Shown here: positions 47,146 through 55,539 of the stretch, piece by piece
How the letters are laid out: each line of letters opens with the position of its first letter
Position numbering within the stretch: the first letter of the stretch is position 1
NCBI GenBank assembly: GCA_050287085.1
Contig: JBNKBE010000028.1
Coordinates: 9,024 to 73,023 of the forward strand
Direction of reading: 5' to 3'
Source of the DNA: Polyangiaceae bacterium
GTDB lineage: Bacteria > Myxococcota_A > Polyangia > Polyangiales > Polyangiaceae
DNA: 64,000 nt
The notes under the pieces: model-generated
What the model was told of the DNA's origin: nothing
What the model saw: only the letters and a program-made list of their open reading frames with translations
The model's database searches: none
Position numbers and translations under genes: made by a program

Positions 47146-47772
47146 GTGACCGAGCCCCAGCCCTCCGACTATCTCGACCGCCTGATGCGGCGGGAGAGCT
47201 TCCAGGCGCTTTGGCCGCTGTTCGCCAAGGCGGACAAGCCCGCGAAGGAGATGACCGAGAGCTTCTCGGCCCTGGTCCACTTGCGGCGGTTCTTTCCTGC
47301 TGAGGGGCCCTTTCGCGTGGTCCACGTTGGTGACGGGGCCCACGCGCGCACTGCCGCCCTGTTCGCCCTCAAGACGCGCGCTGACAACATCAGCATCGAC
47401 CCTGTACTGAATCTGCCGCTCGTCTCCGCATGGCGTGATGAATACGCAATCGAGCGTTTGGACCTTCACCGCGCGCGGGTCGAAGACCGCCTGGAGCTGC
47501 TCAATGCCCTCCCACCACGTCCGACGCTGGTGACCTTCGTCCACGCCCACGTCGACGTCGACGCCGTCCTCGGGCGCCTAGCTTGGAATGCCGCCTACAC
47601 GCTGGCCTGTTGCGTCCCAGGGAGACAGCTAACGAGGATACACGCGCCCGAAGCGGAAGGGGAGGACGAGCGCGTGCTTTCCCCGCACCGGCGCTTCCAG
47701 GTCTTGGTCAACGAAGACCACGCGGGCGCGCCCCACTGCCCGGCCTCGTGGGCTCACACGCCACCCGCGTAG
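47146..47772 (+). CDS. Hypothetical protein, SAM-dependent methyltransferase-like Rossmann fold
   Basis: KEMTESFSA, VVHVGDGAHARTAALF, ISIDPVL, FVHAHV, LACC pattern. Confidence 0.55.
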   Translation: MTEPQPSDYLDRLMRRESFQALWPLFAKADKPAKEMTESFSALVHLRRFFPAEGPFRVVHVGDGAHARTAALFALKTRADNISIDPVLNLPLVSAWRDEYAIERLDLHRARVEDRLELLNALPPRPTLVTFVHAHVDVDAVLGRLAWNAAYTLACCVPGRQLTRIHAPEAEGEDERVLSPHRRFQVLVNEDHAGAPHCPASWAHTPPA

Positions 47773-47950
47773 TCGTCGCCAGCGCGCCGCGCGGGCAACT
47801 ACAGTACGCCGCTACGCAATAACAAGACGGCCGCGCGTTGCTCGTGACCAGTAGGCTGAAGCTCTGCAGCACATTGGGCTAACAGGACACGAGATCTAGC
47901 CGGCACGTGGCACCTTTGGGGCGAAGCGTGGTAAGCGATCGCGGGTTGTC

Positions 47951-49567
47951 CTAACGGACGTACCACACCCCCCAAGTGTCAGAAGTGCTGCCCGCGGGAC
48001 TCGAGCCTACTGACGCGCTGGCGTCGTGATAGTAGTACGGATCGGCGATGAGACCGCCAGCCCAGTCTTGCCCCGTGTCGACCACCGGGAGAATCCACCC
48101 CGTCGTGTGATCCATGAAATGAACGTTGTCGCGGTTGGCCCTTCCCTCACCGGTGATACCGGTCAGCGCGAGGAGTGCCATGGCCGGTGCGAAGTTGGAC
48201 TCCAAGTAGTCTGTGTCCGGCTGGACGCCGGCGTTGCCCAAGAACGCGTAGAGCTCATCTTTGCTCGCCACGCGGTAGCCGCTGAACTGCCCGCCGCTTG
48301 CCGTTGCCGCCACCGCCTCGGCATAGGTCATCCCCGTCGAAAGCGTTGGATCCAGCCAGGTGAGGCCGGTGTTGGGATCGTAGGTCCCCGTGTCCGCACC
48401 AAACGTCGTGGAAACGGATACTAGCGGCTCGCACACGGTGAGCGCCTTCGGACTGGTGATGGCATCATCACAGTAAGCGCCAACACCGTCACACGTGAGC
48501 ACACCGTCTTGGCAGATGTCCGCGTCGTCTGGGCCATCACACGCGTCACCTAGGGTGGGCCAGTCTTCGTCGATGTCACCGTCGCAGTCGTTGTCCAGTC
48601 CGTCACATAGCTCCTCCTTGGAGGTCGGATCGTCGCTGCACTCACTGCCGGTGCCCTGCGCGTCGCATTGCCATACGCCATCCTCGCACCGGTCCGCGTC
48701 GTTCCCGTCACAGGGCTGTCCAAGATTGCTCCAATCCTCGTCTACCTGACCATCGCAGTCGTTGTCCGCGCCGTCACACACCTCGCTTCCGCTGAGCGTG
48801 GTCAGCTCGTCGTTGCACTCCGTGCCGTCACCAGGCGCGCTGCACACCTGAACGCCGTCCTCACAGGAGTCAGCGTCCGGACCATCGCAAGCTTTGCCCA
48901 AGGTTGCCGCCCAGGGGTCGTCGACGGTGCCATTACAGTTGTCGTCAACGCCATTGCAAGACTCGTCTGCGCCGCTATGCACGGAGTCGTCCCGATCGTC
49001 GCAATCCCCGCCCTGATTCGCTTGGTAGAGTTCGAACGGGCCGCAGGCACACGCCGGGTCTTGGCTCTCGTCACCATAGCCATCGCCGTCGGCGTCGAGA
49101 TAGAAGTCCGTGCAGCCCACTGCGTCGATACCCGAGCCCTGGGCGGTCGCACAGTCCGCTTCCGGCTCCGCTGGAGCTGTGCCGTCGCCGGCGGCGCTCA
49201 GTGGGGGGCCGCCCGTACCTGCACCGGAAGCGCCGCCCCCTGCGCTGTCGTCTGCTGCCGCGTCATCGTCTTCCGGGCTAGCGGCCGACGTGTCGTCCGA
49301 TGACGGCTCAGCCCGGCCGCTGGCCCCCGCGCCCTGCACGTCCTGCGACCCACCAGCGCCGCCGTCCTGTGGCGCGTCCGAGGTGTTGGCGCTGCCGCCG
49401 AGGTCACCGGCACTGCCCCCTACAGCACCCACGTTCAAGTTGGGAGGGTCCAAGGCGCAGCCAGAAAGTGCTAGCAGCGCGCCGACGCCGAGCCGAGCGC
49501 GCCCCAAGATGCGCCGGTCGCGCCCCTGTGCGGAGCCCGCGGCGCGCGGTGGGGAACCAAACCTCAT
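47951..49567 (-). CDS. Lipoprotein with putative metal-binding (MopE-like) repeats and C-terminal Lcl/DUF1566-like domain
   Basis: Lipobox LSGC; FYLDADGDGYGD, DCDD..GADESCNGVDDNCNG, EVCDGADNDCDGQVDE, ELCDGLDNDCDGDIDE; DPNTGLTWLD...GYRVASKDEL. Confidence 0.8.
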   Translation of the reverse strand: MRFGSPPRAAGSAQGRDRRILGRARLGVGALLALSGCALDPPNLNVGAVGGSAGDLGGSANTSDAPQDGGAGGSQDVQGAGASGRAEPSSDDTSAASPEDDDAAADDSAGGGASGAGTGGPPLSAAGDGTAPAEPEADCATAQGSGIDAVGCTDFYLDADGDGYGDESQDPACACGPFELYQANQGGDCDDRDDSVHSGADESCNGVDDNCNGTVDDPWAATLGKACDGPDADSCEDGVQVCSAPGDGTECNDELTTLSGSEVCDGADNDCDGQVDEDWSNLGQPCDGNDADRCEDGVWQCDAQGTGSECSDDPTSKEELCDGLDNDCDGDIDEDWPTLGDACDGPDDADICQDGVLTCDGVGAYCDDAITSPKALTVCEPLVSVSTTFGADTGTYDPNTGLTWLDPTLSTGMTYAEAVAATASGGQFSGYRVASKDELYAFLGNAGVQPDTDYLESNFAPAMALLALTGITGEGRANRDNVHFMDHTTGWILPVVDTGQDWAGGLIADPYYYHDASASVGSSPAGSTSDTWGVWYVR

Positions 49568-49927
49568 GGCCACTCTATACCACGCCGCCGAGAGGAAGGG
49601 GCCCCCCCCGATGTGGTGAGACACGACGCTACCCCCGCGTTCAGGTGGCTGCAGCGCGTGCGACCCGTTGAGCTACTGGAGGCCAAAGAGGTCGATCACA
49701 TAGGCGGGCAAGTCGAAACGCCACTCCATTGCGGGCTCACACAGGATCGCGTATCACTGCCCGCGGGAGGGCTGGCCGTGCTCCGAGGCGTCGCGGCACA
49801 GTTCACCCTCTACGACAAGCCACTCCGTCTGCTCCAACTCGACGGACTCGTTTTCCCCCTGAACGCGGCACACGCACTCGTAGCGCTGCGCGGGGGACAG
49901 GAAGCAATAGCAGGGACATGACGCATT

Positions 49928-50845
49928 TCAATTCTTGGCTGGCACCTCTTTGTTCGAGCTCGCCGATGGGCCAAAAGCCGCGACAGCAAAAGTAATGAAG
50001 CTGCGCAATCGAGGCGTCATGCGTCGATCACGATAGTAGAGCAGCCACATGGGACGTTCGCCGAGCCGCCAGTCCGAAAAGAGCTGGATCAAGCAACCTG
50101 CCTCAATGTCGCGCTTCAGCAGAATTTCCGGCTGCATGACGATGCCTAGGCCTGCTCGCGCCGCGGCGCGGACCGCTTGACCGCTGTTCACGGCTATCAT
50201 TCGAGTCGGCGAGGCCTGTACATCTTCCTCGCCTCGCGTGAAGCGCCAGGTTGAACGCGCTGATGGCGTGAAGGCGATAGCCTCGTGGCCGTCCAATTCG
50301 CTTGGGTGCGAGGGCGTGCCCCTGCTGATGAGGTAGTCCGGCGCGGCGCAGACCACCATACGATACGGAGCCAACGGTCTAGCGATCATGCTGTTGTCCG
50401 ACATCGCGCCAATACGGAATGCAACGTCAAAACCCTCCTCAACAAGATCGACATTCCGATCGGTCAAGATGATGTCGAGTTCCACCTTCGGCGCAGCGCT
50501 TCGATAGCCAGAAAGCGCAGGCATCAAGGCTTCCGCCCCGAACGTCGTGGGCGCCGTGATACGCAACCGACCTTGAATCCGCGTCCGCTGCAACTCGGCC
50601 GCTTCTTCGGCAAGGGCGATTCGGTCAAGGATGTCGCGGCATTGCTCAAAGTAGCTGAGACCAAAATCCGTCAGGCTTTGGCGTCGCGTTGTTCGGTTAA
50701 GGAGCCGGGTGCCAAGATGCTCCTCCAGTGCTGCGATGTGCTGCCCAACCATCGCGGGCGATTGTCCGAGAGCCGCCGCTGCGGCGCTCATGGAGCCGGC
50801 CTGCACCGTTGTAACGAACGCCCGCATGCAGCGCACAAGGTCCAT
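49928..50845 (-). CDS. LysR family transcriptional regulator (CrgA/DmlR-like)
   Basis: GSMSAAA..LEEHLGTRLLNRTTRRQSLT, GRLRITAPTTFG, DLVEEGFDVAFRIG. Confidence 0.92.
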   Translation of the reverse strand: MDLVRCMRAFVTTVQAGSMSAAAAALGQSPAMVGQHIAALEEHLGTRLLNRTTRRQSLTDFGLSYFEQCRDILDRIALAEEAAELQRTRIQGRLRITAPTTFGAEALMPALSGYRSAAPKVELDIILTDRNVDLVEEGFDVAFRIGAMSDNSMIARPLAPYRMVVCAAPDYLISRGTPSHPSELDGHEAIAFTPSARSTWRFTRGEEDVQASPTRMIAVNSGQAVRAAARAGLGIVMQPEILLKRDIEAGCLIQLFSDWRLGERPMWLLYYRDRRMTPRLRSFITFAVAAFGPSASSNKEVPAKN

Positions 50846-50945
50846 TTGATGTATTCCCTTTTAAATATCCCAATGGCTTTGCGTATTATCAACCAAACCA
50901 TATGTAATTACGAATTCGGCGATGATGTCTTCGAAGGAGATGAAC

Positions 50946-51707
50946 ATGGCTCTCACGCGCTTTGCCGAAAAAACAATCGTAATCACGGGTGCAGGAACGG
51001 GTATGGGGCGTGCTGCGGCGATCCGCCTCTCCAAGGAGGGCGCGCGAACTGTTCTCGTTGGGCGACGACCGGAACCCCTTGAGCAATTGGCTGCCGAGCT
51101 AGTTGCCGACGGCGGCTCGGCGTTGGCCGTTGCTTGCGACATAGGTAGCGAGGCGGCTGTCAGTTCGATGGTGCAGCAGGCAGTCAACACGAGCGGTCAC
51201 ATCGACGGCTTGTTCGCCAATGCAGGCGTCTTGGGCGAGTTCAAGCCGCTCGCTGAAACCAACGTTTCGGACTTCGAGGGGCTAGTCGCCACAAACATGC
51301 TGGGGACGTTCCTCAGCATCAAGCATTGCCTACCCTATTTTGAAGGCGGCGCTGTCGTCATCAACGCCTCATGGACCGTGAACAGCGTCATGCCCGGCGC
51401 GGGGGCATATGCGGCTACCAAGGGGGCGCTCATCGCAATGATGCACACGCTAGCGATGGAGCAAGGGCCGCGAAACATTCGGGTGAACAGCATAAGTCCC
51501 GGAATCATCCTGACACCGATGGCCGACGAGGTGCTCGATCCGGCGTTCTCGGCACGACTAGCCGCCCACGCCCCCTTGCGTCGAAACGGGAAACCGGAAG
51601 ATATAGCTGGAACCGTTGCGTGGCTGCTGTCCGAAGATGCGCGATTTGTCACGGGCCAGGACATCGCAGTGGACGGCGGCTTCACGCTTGGCGGTCCGCG
51701 CCTGTGA
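50946..51707 (+). CDS. Short-chain dehydrogenase/reductase (SDR)
   Basis: TGAGTGMG, FANAG, YAATK, IRVNSISPG, VTGQDIAVDGG; GAAGGAG SD. Confidence 0.92.
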   Translation: MALTRFAEKTIVITGAGTGMGRAAAIRLSKEGARTVLVGRRPEPLEQLAAELVADGGSALAVACDIGSEAAVSSMVQQAVNTSGHIDGLFANAGVLGEFKPLAETNVSDFEGLVATNMLGTFLSIKHCLPYFEGGAVVINASWTVNSVMPGAGAYAATKGALIAMMHTLAMEQGPRNIRVNSISPGIILTPMADEVLDPAFSARLAAHAPLRRNGKPEDIAGTVAWLLSEDARFVTGQDIAVDGGFTLGGPRL

Positions 51708-51714
51708 GCGACTA

Positions 51715-52665
51715 TTAGGGTCTAACGACGAGCTTTCCCGCGATCTGCCCTGCGCCCATTCGCGCCAGCGCATCAATCGCCCCATCGAGCGGCACAACCT
51801 CGCCGATGATCGGTTTGAGCGTGCCGTTGCTCACCAGCTCCAGCAGCGCGGGTAGGTGCTTCGACCCCTGAGTGACCGACAACACGCCCACACGCTTGCC
51901 ATCCGGTCGCCTGAAGGCACTCGCGGCGAGGGCGTTGAGCAAAGTCGGCACAGGACCGCCCACCAACGCGTAGCGTCCGCCGTCGCTGAGGCAGGGATAG
52001 ATGTCTCGCGCCCGCCGTGTGCCGTACAGGTCTAGAACAAGGCCCCAATCCAGCCCAAGTTGAGCAAAGTCGACTTGGGCGTAGTCATAGACCTCCGCCG
52101 CGCCCGCTTGGCGCATCGCGTCCAGCTTGGCCGAGTTGTCCACGCCCGTGACATGCGCGCCCATGGCGACAGCGTATTGGATGGCCAATGGCCCGCTGCC
52201 CCCGCCGCCGCCATTGACCAGCACGCGCATGCCCCGCGTGATCCGTCCTTCGAAGGCCGTCAGAATGATCGCGCCGGATTGGGGCAGGCAGGCGACAATT
52301 TCAGGCTCCAATCCCGCCGAAACAGGCACAAAGCGTGTCGCTTTGGCGAGGCAGATTTCAGCGAAGCCGCCGAAGGTGCCAAAGGTGTCGGCCATGACCC
52401 GCTGCCCCAGTTTGAGCGTCACACCTTCGCCGACGGCCTCGACGAGCCCCACGACGTCTGACCCTAGAACCCTAGGCTTGGGTCGAACTGCCCCCGCAAT
52501 CCGGGCGTAGGCGGGCTTACCTGTGGTGAACTCCCAATCGCTGGCGTTGGCGCCGCAGGCTTCGACCCGCACGAGCACCTCTCCCGCTCTGGGCGCCCGC
52601 AAAGCGATGTCCGCTATCGACAGATTGTCGCGCCCCCCATAGCCCCGCTGCACAAGTGCTTTCAC
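51715..52665 (-). CDS. NAD(P)-dependent MDR-family (quinone oxidoreductase/alcohol dehydrogenase-like) enzyme
   Basis: GEVLVRVEACGANASDW, VLGSDVVG, VLVNGGGGGSG, GQIAGKLVV. Confidence 0.88.
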   Translation of the reverse strand: MKALVQRGYGGRDNLSIADIALRAPRAGEVLVRVEACGANASDWEFTTGKPAYARIAGAVRPKPRVLGSDVVGLVEAVGEGVTLKLGQRVMADTFGTFGGFAEICLAKATRFVPVSAGLEPEIVACLPQSGAIILTAFEGRITRGMRVLVNGGGGGSGPLAIQYAVAMGAHVTGVDNSAKLDAMRQAGAAEVYDYAQVDFAQLGLDWGLVLDLYGTRRARDIYPCLSDGGRYALVGGPVPTLLNALAASAFRRPDGKRVGVLSVTQGSKHLPALLELVSNGTLKPIIGEVVPLDGAIDALARMGAGQIAGKLVVRP

Positions 52666-52775
52666 TGAACCAATCCCCGCAAATTCTGTCCCGTGTCTAA
52701 CTTAGCTAGGCACACAAGAGAGGTAGGCATCATGTGCGATATCGCAACCCGCGTATATAGCCATACGTAGAAGAT

Positions 52776-52830
52776 TGGAGTTGCCCCGATTCAGTGGACT
52801 CTATGCAGTCTGCCACACGAGCTCTTGCGC
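52776..52830 (-). mobile_element. IS3-family terminal inverted repeat (right end) remnant
   Basis: TGGAGTTGCCCCGATTCAGTGGAC with the 5'-TG terminus typical of IS3-family ends; preceded on the minus strand by a short ELVWQTA-stop. Confidence 0.5.
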
Positions 52831-53075
52831 GAGTGAGCGCAGTCGCAAGCCGTGCGCTTGCTGCGTGGCTTCGCGCAGGAAGCCGCAAGGTCCGCCGGCG
52901 GGGCGGGACGGCAACAAGCGCGTGAGTCGAGGCTCCGGGTGCAATAATGGGCTCGCCCGCGGCGGGACGACGGCGTACAGGGCCCGCGTGACCTTTCGAG
53001 CGCAGGAGACTCAAGCCGGCACGCTCCGTGCAAGGCTGAGGGTGAAAGGAGCGAGGCCCAGGCTCGAGTAGGCTC

Positions 53076-54188
53076 ATGAAGCTTTTGGTCTTGGCGCTGA
53101 TCACCGTGCACGGCGGGCTTCACTTCTTGGGGGCGGCTAAGGGGTTTGGCTGGGCAGCCTTGCCAGCACTGAAGCTGCCCGTGCCTTGGGCAGCCGCTTG
53201 GGGCTGGGCCGGCGCTGGCGTAGGGCTGATTCTGTTTGCCGCCTTGGCCTCGGCAGCTGTGCCGCCGTGTTGGTGGGTTGGCATCGGCGCTGCCGCGCTT
53301 TCTCAGGTGCTCATTCTGCTCAGCTGGACAGACGCCAAGGCGGGCACCGCGGGCAACCTATTGACCCTAGCCATGGCGGCCTGGCTGTGGGCCTCCACGG
53401 GGCCTCAGAGCTTGAGCGCGCGCTACGAGTGGCAGAGCGCGGCACTCTTGCCGTCGGTCGAGACTACTGTCGTCGAAGAACGAGAGCTTGCTAAGCTGCC
53501 ACCGCCAGTGGCTCGCTACTTGCGCGCGGCCGGCGTCGTAGGGCAGCCGAGGCCGGTCTCCTTCGCTGTTTCGCTGGAGGGTAGAATCCGCGGAGAGGCG
53601 GATGACCCCTGGATGGCCTTCGAGGGCACCCAAGTGAACGTGCTGGAGCCTCCGACTCGTTTGTTCTTCATTCGCGCCCGCAAGATGGGGCTACCTGCAC
53701 ACGTCCTTCATACTTTCGCTGACGGCGAGGCGGAGATGGAGGTTCGCTTGTTGGCAGCGTTTACTTTGGTGCGGCAAGCCGGGGCCGATGCGACGCGGGC
53801 CGAGACGGTGACGCTCTTGAACGACATGTGCTTGTTCGCGCCGGGAGCGCTGCTTTCGGAGCGGATCACCTGGCAGGCCATAGACGACCGAAGCGCGGAG
53901 GCGCGTTTTAGGGTGGGTTCGAACACCGTGAGCGCCGTTCTGAGCTTCGACGAGCGGGGCCAGCTCGCGAACTTCGTCTCTTCCGACCGGATGAAGCTCG
54001 ACGGGGAGGGCGTGTTCGTTCCCCGCGGGTGGAGCACGCCGCTCGGCAGCTACCGGCGCTTCGGCCCTTACCGCCTCACTGCTGGGGGCGAGGGGCGGTG
54101 GCATGACGGGGCTGCGTCGTACCCCTATATCGAGCTCAGGGTGCGCGACGTAGTGGTTAACCCGTCTCAGCCTTTGTGGGCTGAATAG
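53076..54188 (+). CDS. DUF6544/DUF6920-like membrane protein
   Basis: VHGGLHFLG, SWTDAKAGTAGN, LPPPVARYL..GVVGQP, AETVTLLNDMCLFAPGAL, WSTPL..YRRF. Confidence 0.75.
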   Translation: MKLLVLALITVHGGLHFLGAAKGFGWAALPALKLPVPWAAAWGWAGAGVGLILFAALASAAVPPCWWVGIGAAALSQVLILLSWTDAKAGTAGNLLTLAMAAWLWASTGPQSLSARYEWQSAALLPSVETTVVEERELAKLPPPVARYLRAAGVVGQPRPVSFAVSLEGRIRGEADDPWMAFEGTQVNVLEPPTRLFFIRARKMGLPAHVLHTFADGEAEMEVRLLAAFTLVRQAGADATRAETVTLLNDMCLFAPGALLSERITWQAIDDRSAEARFRVGSNTVSAVLSFDERGQLANFVSSDRMKLDGEGVFVPRGWSTPLGSYRRFGPYRLTAGGEGRWHDGAASYPYIELRVRDVVVNPSQPLWAE

Positions 54189-54312
54189 AGTCGGGGTGCG
54201 CGGGGCTTTGAGCGCCCCGTAGGTGACGATCGAGCGGGGCGAGACGCTCGCGAGTCCAGCCGACTCTCACACTGACCATGACCACCAGTGCCCTTGGGAG
54301 CAGGGCAGACCT

Positions 54313-54460
54313 GGCGAAGAAGCTCTCAGCGACGGCGTTGTCCCGGCAGTCTGCTTTGCGAGTCATGCTGGGTACCGCCTCGGGAGCATCGAGACCGGTC
54401 CGATATGTAGAGCTCGCGTAGCGACAATCGCGGTCAGTGTGGCGAGTCAGCCGGGGGCGT
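54313..54460 (-). pseudogene. IS3-family transposase (integrase core) fragment
   Basis: HTDRDCRYASSTYR...SMTRKADCRDNAVAESFF is a degenerate HSDRGSQYAS...SMSRKGNCWDNAVAESFF. Confidence 0.8.
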
Positions 54461-54507
54461 GCGCATGGGTCCAAGTCCTCGTCGGGCTCGGGTAGCCCTC
54501 GCTGTAT

Positions 54508-54723
54508 CGGGGCGCCTCAGGCGCTTCGAGGTCAGCGGCCACGCGCCACTTCGCATGAGACAACGCAACGTGACCGGCGAAGACATCGCCTCGCTCAGCA
54601 AGCGCTGCAATGTCCGAACCGGAGGACCGCTGGAAGCTGTCCGGTGGCATGGACTGCGACGGTGACGATCTGAACGTAGTGGTCGTGTTCGCAGCGGGGA
54701 CGATCGTCGTCACGGTGTTCTGA
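54508..54723 (+). pseudogene. DUF4258-family toxin-like gene remnant (frameshifted, 5' end lost)
   Basis: FEVSGHAPLRMRQRNVTGEDI in one frame, continued in another frame as DRWKLSGGMDCDGDDLNVVVVFAAGTIVVTVF-stop. Confidence 0.55.
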
Positions 54724-55013
54724 AGGAAGGAAGCGCGGAGACTCTGGAGAGCATTGAGCTGCGGGCGGCGCTTGTTGCGTTCACCGACGCGCCAGCGGTG
54801 TCCGGTCCGATGCTGAAGTTCGCGCGCAAGGCTCTAGGCCTGAGGCGGACGGAGTTGGGTGAACGGATAGGCGCCACGGCGGAGAGCGTCTCTCGCTGGG
54901 AGCGCGAGGAACGGCAGATGGAACCCTGGGTGGGGCTGACCGTGCCCGGGTTGCTTCGTGAGAAGCTCATGCCGCCACCGTCCGGGGTCGAGCTACTGAA
55001 AGAGGCGAGCTGA
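54724..55013 (+). pseudogene. MqsA-like/XRE HTH antitoxin remnant (N-terminal domain missing)
   Basis: LESIELRAAL...SGPMLKFARKALGLRRTELGERIGATAESVSRWER; no start or Zn-ribbon N-terminus between toxin stop and this segment. Confidence 0.6.
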
Positions 55014-55227
55014 GCGGCAACCACGGCGGGCTCGCCGAAGCCGCGCGACGGATCGAGCTGGACCTGTCCACGGCCGAAGCGGTGGCGTTGCCTTTGGCGC
55101 GTGGCGGGCGACGATGAACCGGAACCAGACCCGTCCGGAAACCGAACGCGTCACCCCGTCAAACCGTTATCCCATCCGTCAGTTTCCCCGCGGTCGGCGG
55201 GAAGCGCAGCGGGAAACCAAACAACAA

Positions 55228-55260
55228 CGCCGGTGAATTCTGGAGTGAATTCACCGGCGT
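55228..55260 (-). terminator. Hairpin downstream of tRNA-Cys
   Basis: ACGCCGGTGAATTC-N6-GAATTCACCGGCGT 14-bp stem followed on the minus strand by TGTTGTTT. Confidence 0.6.
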
Positions 55261-55268
55261 CTGTCTTG

Positions 55269-55340
55269 AGGCGAGGACCGGATTCGAACCGGCGTATAAC
55301 GGTTTTGCAAACCGCTGCCTAACCACTTGGCTACCTCGCC
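55269..55340 (-). tRNA. tRNA-Cys (GCA)
   Basis: GGCGAGG/CCTCGCC acceptor stem, TAGCCAAGTGGTTAGGC D-arm, GCGGT-TT-GCA-AA-ACCGT anticodon arm, GCCGG-TTCGAAT-CCGGT T-arm, U discriminator; CCA not encoded. Confidence 0.96.
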
Positions 55341-55539
55341 TGATCCCACGAAGGGGTTCGCAAAGTACCCATCTGCGCTGCCGGGTCAAGCGGAAAGCAA
55401 CCGCGCGAGACGGGCTCCAGGCGGCCCGCAGGAGGACGGCTTGTGATTCTCCTCGGGGGTGGCTCGTTGGCGTCAGACTTGTTGCCCGGTCACGGGCGGG
55501 GTGGTGGTCTGGCGTCGGGGTCCGCCGCGATGAGGGCCT

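Noticed and set aside
46762..47550. 262-aa minus-strand ORF
   Set aside because: Antisense to the 47146 gene, which has motif structure and a promoter-like signature
49613..49921. 102-aa plus-strand ORF
   Set aside because: No motifs; the minus strand looks more like a decayed gene fragment
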